The notes under the pieces: generated by a model | Told to the model about the DNA's origin: nothing | Database searches by the model: none | What the model saw: the letters and a program-made list of their open reading frames with translations, nothing else | Assembly: GCA_965116795.1 (NCBI GenBank) | Contig: OZ220716.1 | Coordinates: 1,066,503-1,130,502 of the forward strand | From: Gammaproteobacteria bacterium | Lineage (GTDB): Bacteria > Pseudomonadota > Gammaproteobacteria > JAJFKG01 | DNA: 64,000 nt | Direction: 5' to 3' | Made by a program: the position numbers and the translations under genes | Shown: positions 1 to 9,191 of the stretch, one piece after another | Numbering within the stretch: the first letter of the stretch is position 1 | Layout: each line of letters opens with the position of its first letter

Positions 1-120
1 ACGTTGGGCATCCAGGCTGTTAAACTCCATCTCTAATCCTTCTTCGGTGGACTTTCGGGTGTAAATGGCGCAGCGTTTTGGCGGCGTGGTTGTGTCATTA
101 ACAGTGGTTTTGTTTTTCAT
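1..120 (-). CDS. Large serine recombinase, 5' part (runs off window)
   Basis: Minus strand from ATG at 120 reads MKKQTT...KRCAIYTRKSTEEGLEMEFNSLDAQR, same N-terminal motif as 48417..49805. Confidence 0.9.
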   Translation of the reverse strand, partial: MKNKTTVNDTTTPPKRCAIYTRKSTEEGLEMEFNSLDAQR

Positions 121-587
121 GCATTGGCTCCACTTGCTTTACGTAATCCAAAAAAGGCAATGCCTGAACAGTTATTACCGGTAATCAAGGTGGCGAGTTT
201 CGATAAGCTGTTATACACACAGCCGTCATATTCATAGCCGTTTTCTAACACCGTAATGTGATAGTTCATGCCTTTGTAATAACGCACTAAGCGTGAACCT
301 ACCATCGGGCGTGTGTAAGTGGTGCGTTTGCGTTTGGTGGAGGTGTTATTGAATTGAAAATAGCGTTTAGCCTGTTCGGCTAGGCGTTTGTTGATATCAG
401 GGTTAACGCCATAGGCCAGCTCTTGTAAGCGATAACTCAGTTTTCTCACCAACAAAGGTTTTTGTTCGGTGGGCAGCTTGGTGTCGCAGAGCGTTTTCCA
501 GAGACGTTTAAGTTCGGGCAGTGACATATTCGGTAGGGCGGCCACTTGTTTCAGGACAGTGGGGTTAGGGGTAGTCTTGGTGCTCAT
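117..587 (-). CDS. DUF2924-like protein (recombinase-associated)
   Basis: L..LW...KLSYRLQELAYG and G.RLVR.Y.G...V...GYEYDG..Y.SLS..A..ITG...SG..FFGL motifs; paralog of 49802..50269. Confidence 0.8.
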   Translation of the reverse strand: MSTKTTPNPTVLKQVAALPNMSLPELKRLWKTLCDTKLPTEQKPLLVRKLSYRLQELAYGVNPDINKRLAEQAKRYFQFNNTSTKRKRTTYTRPMVGSRLVRYYKGMNYHITVLENGYEYDGCVYNSLSKLATLITGNNCSGIAFFGLRKASGANA

Positions 588-619
588 GGGTTATCCTCCG
601 GTGATTGTTTTTTACGGCA

Positions 620-793
620 TTATGGCGCTGTGCTATCAATCCATAGCGCCAGGTTAAAGTCCAGCGATGATGAATCGTTAGCGCTATTGCTGCGCTGATG
701 TTGACGCTTTTTCAAACGAACAATACCAAGGGCCAATAGTTTGGCTATTTCATGGCGGCGTGATTGAGGATGGGTCGGTATTGTGCTTGACAT
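620..793 (-). CDS. Small conserved phage protein, 57 aa (not in ORF track)
   Basis: MSSTIPTHPQSRRHEIAKLLALGIVRLKKR...LDF; GGAG RBS; paralog at 50288..50467. Confidence 0.65.
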   Translation of the reverse strand: MSSTIPTHPQSRRHEIAKLLALGIVRLKKRQHQRSNSANDSSSLDFNLALWIDSTAP

Positions 794-1106
794 GTTTCAT
801 CTCCGTTGAATAGTAAAAATGCTTTTGTATGTGGCTTCATTAAGCTAATTATCCAGCGGAGGTGAAAAGTTGAAAATAAATAACAACAACACGATTAATA
901 CAGCATTGTCTTACAAATGGGGTTGTTTTATAGTGACCGTTCTTGTTGTTGCCCTGCGCAACCGTTCATTTTTCTGAAAAACAACAACAACGTCCCGCCT
1001 GTTATACAACGACACCTGCAATATTGACGTTCGCGGTAATAACTTACCTCTTGCTGATCAGCGTCATTTACATCGGTACTTTGCTTTAGTACCACAGGAG
1101 TCAAGG

Positions 1107-1595
1107 ATGAAATCTATTTGTTTTACAATTCACTGTTCATTAGTTTCACTACACGATATCGATAATCTCGCGCATGATTTCGCGGTGACCGACGGTATCA
1201 ATAGTGCGGTGCTAACCGAGTTGCGCTATGACTGGGGTGGCAACATTGAAATCCGGCAGGCAAACAACTTGTTGGCAACACTTATCGAAAAGAACCAACA
1301 ATCACGCACACACTGTGCCCATCTCATTTATGCGCAATTTTATTTGCAACCCAAAGATAGGAATATTATGATCCAATTGAACTTGCATGAAGGTAAGCCG
1401 GGGGTGTTGCGTCATGATGGCCCCTCTGATAACGAACTTTACCGACAGATTGAAATGCTAACTCAGACGTGGCTGACACAGTTGGGATGCATGGACAGTC
1501 AAGCAAACACAAAAAAAATCATCAGTCGGCGCTGCAGTCGGCTCCGATGCGTGGGAGGCGTTAACCAAGTTGCCCTGTTATCAGCACCGTTATGA
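1107..1595 (+). CDS. Hypothetical phage protein
   Basis: AGGAG RBS; paralog of 50767..51345 (H.FA.T.GI..., L.Y..GG, TLI.KNQQ). Confidence 0.7.
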   Translation: MKSICFTIHCSLVSLHDIDNLAHDFAVTDGINSAVLTELRYDWGGNIEIRQANNLLATLIEKNQQSRTHCAHLIYAQFYLQPKDRNIMIQLNLHEGKPGVLRHDGPSDNELYRQIEMLTQTWLTQLGCMDSQANTKKIISRRCSRLRCVGGVNQVALLSAPL

Positions 1596-2514
1596 TTTCT
1601 TATGTCAGCACTTTAATCAAAACGCAACGCTTGTTCGTCATGGGTTTGAGCCAACGTGTTTGTTTGATGCGTATTACTGTGACAACGGCGACAGGGATAC
1701 AAGAGAAAATACGCGTTTGTATAGCTTCAGTCTGCCAAAGTTGGCAAGATACGTTGCAACCAGGTTAGTGGAGACAGAATTATTTCGTCGTGCGATTAAA
1801 CCCATCAAAGCCAGTCCCAACCTGATCCGGCTGGGGTGGTATACGCCAAGAGGCAGTGTGCGTTTTCCGGTGTTACTGGGTATTATCCTGCGGGAGGGGG
1901 ATATGCATGCCATCGTTAATTATCTGCTGATGCGTAACAAGCCCACCCTCATGCTATTGCCATCGATTGAAGCGGTGCCCGATGACACCCTGACAGAGAT
2001 GCAACACAAAGGACTGTTCTTGGTAAGCTTGCAACAACTGGCTCATGAGGATGGGTTAATTGACAGTGCCAACGTTGCCAAGGTTTACCAGGCGTTTAAT
2101 AAAACCCAACCTGATGCTTGCCCGCAACAACAGTGCGAGACATTTCCAACGCCCTCAGGGGCACGTTGGGAAGATATTAAAATAGCCTTTACCGATAACC
2201 ACACCGTGCGTGTTAGCTGTAACGTTAACGGGGTGAATGTACCATACACGTACAATTACATCAGCATGGGGATGAATGACAAACGTACCTCTGTGCCGAA
2301 TTATCAATGGGCGTTGTTGCAAGGGTTTGCTGAAGAAAACGGGCAATTTACGTGGTATAACCCTCGGGCAGATGAGAAGCAAAGAGCACATCGATATCGG
2401 CTTGAGGCGACACTGAAAAAGTTTTTTGGGCTCAATGATTCTCCCTTTAAATCAGTACACGATGATAAGGGACGTGTGGGTTATCAAGCGTTGTTTACGG
2501 TGTTGTCGGCGTAA
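1570..2514 (+). CDS. Hypothetical phage protein with C-terminal FPTP.GA.WED domain
   Basis: Paralog of 51284..52306 along its length; start uncertain. Confidence 0.75.
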   Translation: MPCYQHRYDFLCQHFNQNATLVRHGFEPTCLFDAYYCDNGDRDTRENTRLYSFSLPKLARYVATRLVETELFRRAIKPIKASPNLIRLGWYTPRGSVRFPVLLGIILREGDMHAIVNYLLMRNKPTLMLLPSIEAVPDDTLTEMQHKGLFLVSLQQLAHEDGLIDSANVAKVYQAFNKTQPDACPQQQCETFPTPSGARWEDIKIAFTDNHTVRVSCNVNGVNVPYTYNYISMGMNDKRTSVPNYQWALLQGFAEENGQFTWYNPRADEKQRAHRYRLEATLKKFFGLNDSPFKSVHDDKGRVGYQALFTVLSA

Positions 2515-2586
2515 GTGGCGGGAAGTGACGCCAGTTACGTTAGGGGCACCTTCAATTGATTGGCTGGCGTCACTCCCGATGCGTTT

Positions 2587-2859
2587 TTAACTGTCTTTAC
2601 AGGCCCTATCGGCTAATTGCGCCTCACTCATCAAATCGCCTGGACGCAGTTCATCGCATTGCGCGCAGGCCAGTTGCAACAAGTCGGTTAATCCCCATAA
2701 GATATGATACAACTCACGCTCAGAGGGTTGACCTCGAATCGTGACATTGGCAATGTCGGCCATTTGATGTAACTTAGCGCTCAAGGCTTCGTGGGGTGTT
2801 TTGTAATCGTCTTCGTCTTGTTCGATGCTATCGTGATCCAGTAGAATAGATTGATTCAT
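2587..2859 (-). CDS. Small hypothetical phage protein
   Basis: AGGAG RBS before ATG at 2859; paralog of 52338..52601 (P.EAL.AKLHQM..IAN.TIR). Confidence 0.7.
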   Translation of the reverse strand: MNQSILLDHDSIEQDEDDYKTPHEALSAKLHQMADIANVTIRGQPSERELYHILWGLTDLLQLACAQCDELRPGDLMSEAQLADRACKDS

Positions 2860-2889
2860 GACAGTTGGTCTCCTTACGTTGTTGACACT

Positions 2890-2937
2890 GTTGTGATAGC
2901 TGCAGCCAGGCTTGTCCGGCAACTGGCTGCAGTGCCA
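2890..2937 (-). promoter_or_regulatory. Conserved 33-nt hairpin with fixed flanks in leader of 2587..2859
   Basis: GTTGTGATAG-CTGCAGCCAG..CTGGCTGCAG-TGCCA; covarying copy at 52631..52678. Confidence 0.55.
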
Positions 2938-4656
2938 TCGCTAATGATAATCGCTAGTATCCTCGTTAATAGCAAGTGCACCAAAACCATCAGCGCAATT
3001 AGCTCGCTGGGTTGGGCCGCATTAACGCTTAAGAGCGCACTAACGTGCCGCATTACCCTACCCGATGGCACTGTCCATTTCAGTTTGGGACTTGGCTAAA
3101 AAGCCAATATCGCGTAAACGGCGCATAGACGCGATAGGCGCAATGAACTCACGGTGACGACGGCTTCTCCAATGGCGACTCCTCAATCAACCACTGTGTA
3201 CCGACAAATAGCGTTCTCAGCCGCAAAATAATCGCCATGTAAAACAAGCTAATCACTGCAATGAATTATGGCGTCATTAAACTGGTTTAAACTGCTAAAT
3301 CGCCTTAACTGAATAATGACAAAGACAGCTGCAAATAGAATAGGTTACTGACGTTTTATGGGTAATTTCAGAATCAGGTTTTGAGGCTTGGCGTTGACCC
3401 CCCAAACTCAGCTGGTTTCGGTTAGGATTCAGAGAGTTAACCGCTGGTTTCAGTTTACGGGTGCACTACTATTATTACTAACGTAATAATAATAACAGTA
3501 AGATACACTAACGTCAGTTACTGTGTAAATTACTTTAATTATAAATTAATTTAATTTAAGTGCCGCTTTATTTAATAACCCACTCAGCCTATCACGTATA
3601 CTCCCTTGTGCTATTTTGTCTTTGCACACAAGTGAACACTCATCACGCCTTTATCACTTCCTTCACTTCCCTCACTTCGCTTACCTCATTGTCACTAACG
3701 CCACTTCACCTCAATTTCACGCTTAACATCACCATCAAGAGATAATGAGTGCAGGTGTTAAAAGATAATAGCCTTAAAACGCCCATAGACATGCTTTAAA
3801 CGCGTTAACACTTTTTATTAATGCATTGTCATTGCTTAACATAACATCGTTTCTTAAAACGCTTATACGACGTTTTTGTTGTTTAATAAAATTAACGCTT
3901 GCAAAATACTTAACACACAAAAATATTTTTGATGCAGAAGTAAAACAAATAGCGGTCATTGTTTTTTTGACAATGCACTTGTGTACTCCGGTTATGCAAG
4001 TGGATCTTTCAGGGTGCTGATTGACATCAGTGAAACGAAAAGTCGATAAGACATGCGCAGAGATAACAGGGTTTATTTAAATTAAAAATATTCATGGCAG
4101 AGGGTAAAAACAAATTATCCACTTGAACGCCGACAAATAGTTTTAAACGCGTTAAATGTTTTTGTTAAACTTCCCCATTACTTGCCACGACATCGTTGTT
4201 TAAATCGCTGGTATGGCGTGCTAAGCCAATCACCTCACTCGCGTGACTAACTCACAGTGCTAACACATCATATTTTTGTGTGCAGAAGTTAAAATAATCA
4301 ACAATAGGCTCATTTTTTATGAGTTGTCATCCCCAATGCCCACCCACAATAGGGTTACAACTTTTGCTATTTTTACTTATGGTGAATTTTAATACAGCGT
4401 GTTTTCTTACAGTATTATGCGGTTATCGTGTTACATCTTATATGATACAAAAACCGCAATTCGTGGTAGACTTTTCGCTATGGTTGGCAGAGGTGGCACA
4501 GGGGAGCCGCTGGCGGATTTACAAGAAGGTAAAACCAACGTCGAAACACCGCTATCCATCTTACAACACAGCATGACAGGCGTTAACAGAGGGCACAAAG
4601 AAGCGAGAGACGAATGACAGTCGACATTAAAAATCTTTTGAATATCAAATGGTTAC

Positions 4657-4711
4657 GGGTCCTTCCTCGGGCTGAAATGCATTCGGGCATCCGTTGCGCA
4701 ATATATCGCTA
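4657..4711 (+). other. Lambda-like cos site of prophage A (cosQ + cosN)
   Basis: TACGGGTCCTT (cosQ GGGTCCT 4657-4663), GGGCATCCGTTG 4685-4696, then CGC-N7-CGCTA as in lambda cos; upstream of terminase genes. Confidence 0.75.
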
Positions 4712-4729
4712 GCGATAGAACAAAAAAAA

Positions 4730-5022
4730 GGGTTTGCGGGTTGCACCTAAACCTAAAACACAAAAAACATCAAACAAATCAAACACTTAAATCAACATTC
4801 GACCCATTTGCTCCACTCTGTGTGGTTTGCAGGCAGAAGCTAACTGATTGAATTTCATATATTTTTTTAAAATTTAGGTTTGCACCCTAGGGTTTGCAGC
4901 CAATTCACATAACTCATTGAATTCACAGCATTTATCTTAAATCTCAGTGCAAACCCAGCGTCAACAGGTTTGCACCTTGATTGCTCTTGGGGTTTGCACT
5001 CAAGCCACACCTTGGTTTGCAC
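4730..5022 (+). repeat. cosB-like array of GGTTTGCA/TGCAAACC motifs with IHF-like sites
   Basis: About 8-9 GGTTTGCA-type motifs; AATCAAACACTTA at 4777-4789; TAACTSATTGAATT at 4841 and 4910. Confidence 0.65.
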
Positions 5023-5059
5023 GTCACTCCTTCACTCACCCACTTGAAAAGGATTTGCC

Positions 5060-6349
5060 ATGGACTTGACGGTTCAACAGACACCGCTGGAACAAGTGAT
5101 CCCGTATGCCCGCAATGCGCGTATGCACAGTGAGAGCCAAGTGGCACAAATTGCCGCGTCCATTATGGAATTCGGGTTCGTCAATCCTGTATTGATTGGC
5201 AGTGATAATGTCATCATTGCCGGGCACGGGCGTGTACTGGCGGCACAGAAGTTAGATATGAAAACGGTGCCAACCATTATGCTGGTTCACCTAAATGAAA
5301 ACCAACGCCATGCCTTAGTGATTGCCGATAACAAGCTAGCGGAGAATGCCAGCTGGGATGAAACATTACTGCGTTTGGAATTACACAGTTTAATCGATGA
5401 TGATTTCAATGTGGATTTGTTAGGCTTTGATGATGTTGATTTGGATGCGTTGCTGGATGGTTTAGAGGATGAAGATAATACGACATCCGTTACTGAAGAC
5501 GATTTGCCAGAGCCGCAAACTAATCCGGTTAGCCAATTAGGACAACTGTGGGTGTTAGGCGATCATCGCTTACTGTGTGGTGATGCCACTTGTCTTGCCA
5601 GTTATAAAACACTGATGCAAGAGGAGGCAGCCGATATGGTATTTACCGATCCGCCGTATAATGTCAATTATGCTGATCCGAAAAGGGGGACACTGACCCA
5701 GCGTAACAGTCAATGCAGTCATCCACTTTTAAATGACAACTTAGGTGATGACTTTGAAACATTCATCAGCAATGCGTGCTGTCACATGCTGGCCTACACC
5801 CAAGGTGCGTTATACATTTGCATGGGACTTGGCGAAGTCGGTACGTTACGAAGTGCTTTTTGTAATGCCGGTGGTAGATGGTCAACATTTATTATGTGGG
5901 TGAAAAATAGCTTTGTCTTAGGTCATGCGGATTACCATAACCAATATGAACCTATCTTGTATGGCTGGAAGGAAGGTGATGATCATTATTGGTGTGGTGC
6001 ACGTGATCAAAGCAATGTGTGGTTTTATGACAAGATGCAAAAGAATAACTTGCACCCGACGATGAAACCAATTGGGTTGGTGAGTCGTGCGATTGAGAAC
6101 TCCAGTCAACGAGGGGAGGTAGTATTAGATCCCTTTGCGGGTTCTGGCACAACGCTGATTGCAGCAGATCAAAGCGGACGACGTGCACGGTTAATCGAAC
6201 TCAATCCTTGCTATGTGGATGTCATCATTGCCCGTTGGCAAACGCTAACCGGCAAACAAGCCTATCTTGAGGGTAGCAAACAAACGTATGACGCCCTATT
6301 ACAAGCGCAACAAATTAACACTGTTAACGTTGATGCCAAAGAGGAATAA
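5060..6349 (+). CDS. ParB-N domain / N6-N4 DNA methyltransferase
   Basis: IIAGHGR ParB motif, FTDPPYN, HPTMKP, LDPFAGSGTT. Confidence 0.92.
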   Translation: MDLTVQQTPLEQVIPYARNARMHSESQVAQIAASIMEFGFVNPVLIGSDNVIIAGHGRVLAAQKLDMKTVPTIMLVHLNENQRHALVIADNKLAENASWDETLLRLELHSLIDDDFNVDLLGFDDVDLDALLDGLEDEDNTTSVTEDDLPEPQTNPVSQLGQLWVLGDHRLLCGDATCLASYKTLMQEEAADMVFTDPPYNVNYADPKRGTLTQRNSQCSHPLLNDNLGDDFETFISNACCHMLAYTQGALYICMGLGEVGTLRSAFCNAGGRWSTFIMWVKNSFVLGHADYHNQYEPILYGWKEGDDHYWCGARDQSNVWFYDKMQKNNLHPTMKPIGLVSRAIENSSQRGEVVLDPFAGSGTTLIAADQSGRRARLIELNPCYVDVIIARWQTLTGKQAYLEGSKQTYDALLQAQQINTVNVDAKEE

Positions 6350-6354
6350 ATCAT

Positions 6355-6882
6355 ATGGGTGTTTCTATTCGTGAGTATGCCAGAGTCCGTGGGGTAAGCG
6401 ATACCGCGGTTCACAAAGCCATCAAGCAAGGACGTATTATTAAAGAACCTGATGGTAGCATTGATGTTGAACGAGCTGACAAAGATTGGTTAGCCAATAC
6501 CGTCTCATCTCAATTGAAATCGGTTCCCAATGCAGCCATACAAGATGTGATCACTACACTGCAAGAAAACGGTCAGGCTGTCTCCTCACGGGGCAACACT
6601 TTTCTTGAAGCCAAGACGGCTAATGAAATTATCAAAGCAAAAACCAATAAACTGCGCTTTAAACAATTAAATGGGGAATTACTCGAGCGCGATAAAGTTT
6701 GTGCGCAAGTCTTTCAATTAGCCCGTCAAGAACGTGATGCTTGGACTTCTTGGCCAGCGCGCATTGCGAGTCAAATGGCCGCACAATTACAAGTTGATGC
6801 GCATACATTGCAAGTGACACTGGAACAGGCTATTCGTGAGCACTTAGTTGAGTTAGGCGACATCGCGTTAACGGTTGAATAA
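6355..6882 (+). CDS. Terminase small subunit (Nu1-like HTH)
   Basis: N-terminal HTH SIREYAR.RGVS..AV.KAI; directly upstream of large terminase. Confidence 0.75.
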   Translation: MGVSIREYARVRGVSDTAVHKAIKQGRIIKEPDGSIDVERADKDWLANTVSSQLKSVPNAAIQDVITTLQENGQAVSSRGNTFLEAKTANEIIKAKTNKLRFKQLNGELLERDKVCAQVFQLARQERDAWTSWPARIASQMAAQLQVDAHTLQVTLEQAIREHLVELGDIALTVE

Positions 6883-8917
6883 CATCATGTCAACACAGAT
6901 TGTACCCATGACTTGGCGAATGGGGGTGATCCCCGATCCAAACTTAACAATTTCGCAGTGGGCAGATGAATATCGCACCTTATCACCCAAAGCCGCGGCA
7001 GAACCAGGACGTTGGCGCACCCATCGCACGCCATATTTGCGTGAGATAATGGATGCGTTATCACCACATTCACCGGTGCAACGGGTTATCTTTATGAAAG
7101 GCGCCCAAATTGGTGGCACCGAAGCGGGAAATAATTGGATTGGGTATGTTATACATTTGTCACCCGCACCAATGATGGCCGTCGCACCGACAACAGAACT
7201 GGCTAAACGTAATTCTAAGCAGCGTATTGATCCACTCATTGAAGATTGTGCCGCATTAAAAGAACGTGTTAAGCCAGCACGTTCGCGTGATTCAGGCAAT
7301 ACCGTATTATCAAAAGACTTCCCTGGTGGTGTGTTGGTGATGACCGGTGCCAACTCGGCAGTTGGGTTACGCTCTATGCCAGCGCGCTATTTATTTATGG
7401 ATGAAGTAGATGGTTACCCAGGAGATATCGAAGGCGAAGGCGATCCGATTGTTTTAGCCGAAAGACGCAGTGCGACATTTCAAACCAGGCGCAAAATATT
7501 TTTAGTCAGCACACCAACGCTCAAAGGCTTATCACGAATTAATCGTGAGTTTGAACAAACGGATAAACGTTACTATCAGATACCGTGTCCGCATTGTCAG
7601 CATTTCCAAGCATTACGTTTTGGTCAATTGCGTTGGGAGGAAGGTCATCCCGTTGATGTTACTTACCAATGTGAAGCATGCGATGAATACATTGCAGAGC
7701 ACCATAAAACAGAGCTATTAGCTAACGGTAAATGGGTGGCTACGAATGATAACCCGCAACAACGCCATACCGTCGGTTATCACTTATCAAGTTTATATAG
7801 TCCCATTGGGTGGTTTAGTTGGTCGGATGCAGCGAGTCTTTTTGAACAAGCTAAAGCGCATCCAGAGCTGATGAAAAGTTTTGTCAATACTGTATTAGGA
7901 GAGCCGTATGAAGAAGAACACGATGCACCGGACTGGGAAGCCATTTATCAAAGACGTGAGGCGTACCCACAAGGTATTGTCCCGCTTGGTGGATTGTTTC
8001 TTACAGCTGGTGTTGATATTCAAAAGGATCGTATTGAATGTGAAGTCACTGCTTGGTCACGCGATAAGCAGAGCTGGTCAGTTGATTACTTCGTTCTGGC
8101 AGGCGATACAGCGCGCTTGGAAGTCTGGCAAGCATTAGAAAAAGTATTACAGAAAGATTGGCCGCATGCATCAGGGCATACGTTACCTATCAGAGTGATG
8201 GCGGTTGACAGTGGCTATGCCACTCAAGAAGTGTATAACTGGGTGCGTCAACATCCGCAAGCCATTTGGGGTGGCGGCGGTGCCAGAGCCAATCAACCAC
8301 GCACTGTTGTTGCAGTGAAAGGACGTGATAGAGATACGGCACTCATCTTGAGTGTTTCCAAAGTCGATGTCAGTGGCAGACGTCGCGGATTGCGCGTATG
8401 GAATGTCTCCAGCTCCATTGCCAAGGTAGAATTCTATCGCTGGTTAAAGTTGGAATGGTCCATTAGCGATGATGAGTCTCAACCTACCGGCGCTCCGGCA
8501 GGTTACTGTCATTTCCCGCAGTATGAGCCAGAGTATTTCAAACAACTGACAGCTGAGAAGCGCATTATTCGGGTACACCGTGGTTATCCAAAAGCTGTCT
8601 GGGAGAAAGACCCAACGCGGCGTAATGAAGCCTTAGATTGTCGAGTGTATGCCAGAGCGGCGGCGAGTATTTATGGCTTAGACCGATTTAATGAACATCA
8701 TTGGGTTCAGTTTGAAGAAGCATTAGGTAAACCAGTGCCAGAAAAAAGTGATGTAGAAACATCAACGTTAATAGCAACACCAACAAAAGTTGTCACAACA
8801 CCACCATCGAGTGGTCGGAGTGCTTTCTTGCGCGCGATGATACAACAACGTCCCATGCAATTATCGGATGACCCGTATTTACAAGGTGATGATGATTTTG
8901 ATGTGACGGATTTTTAA
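6875..8917 (+). CDS. Terminase large subunit, lambda gpA family
   Basis: MKGAQIGGTE Walker A variant, LFMDEVD Walker B, STPT, CPHC/C..C, RNEALDC. Confidence 0.95.
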   Translation: MNNIMSTQIVPMTWRMGVIPDPNLTISQWADEYRTLSPKAAAEPGRWRTHRTPYLREIMDALSPHSPVQRVIFMKGAQIGGTEAGNNWIGYVIHLSPAPMMAVAPTTELAKRNSKQRIDPLIEDCAALKERVKPARSRDSGNTVLSKDFPGGVLVMTGANSAVGLRSMPARYLFMDEVDGYPGDIEGEGDPIVLAERRSATFQTRRKIFLVSTPTLKGLSRINREFEQTDKRYYQIPCPHCQHFQALRFGQLRWEEGHPVDVTYQCEACDEYIAEHHKTELLANGKWVATNDNPQQRHTVGYHLSSLYSPIGWFSWSDAASLFEQAKAHPELMKSFVNTVLGEPYEEEHDAPDWEAIYQRREAYPQGIVPLGGLFLTAGVDIQKDRIECEVTAWSRDKQSWSVDYFVLAGDTARLEVWQALEKVLQKDWPHASGHTLPIRVMAVDSGYATQEVYNWVRQHPQAIWGGGGARANQPRTVVAVKGRDRDTALILSVSKVDVSGRRRGLRVWNVSSSIAKVEFYRWLKLEWSISDDESQPTGAPAGYCHFPQYEPEYFKQLTAEKRIIRVHRGYPKAVWEKDPTRRNEALDCRVYARAAASIYGLDRFNEHHWVQFEEALGKPVPEKSDVETSTLIATPTKVVTTPPSSGRSAFLRAMIQQRPMQLSDDPYLQGDDDFDVTDF

Positions 8918-8955
8918 TAAAGTAAATGAGCAAAGAAACAATAGAGTAAATAATA

Positions 8956-9189
8956 ATGGCAATGACTGATGTAACCACATTACAAACCCGACTCAAAGAA
9001 GCCGAAGAGGCTTATCATTTATTAATGACAGGGAGCCAAGAAGTCAGTGTGCATATTGATGGGTATGGGGCTGTCACTTACACCTCTGCCAACATGACGC
9101 AGTTGGAGCGTTACATCACCAACCTTAAGACTGTCATTGCGCGCCAATCAGGTCGTGGTGGACGTAAAGCCATTTTTGTTGAGTTCTAA
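8956..9189 (+). CDS. gpW-like head-tail connector
   Basis: EAYH.LMTG...V.YT..N...LE.YI motif; position between terminase and portal. Confidence 0.75.
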   Translation: MAMTDVTTLQTRLKEAEEAYHLLMTGSQEVSVHIDGYGAVTYTSANMTQLERYITNLKTVIARQSGRGGRKAIFVEF

Positions 9190-9191
9190 TC

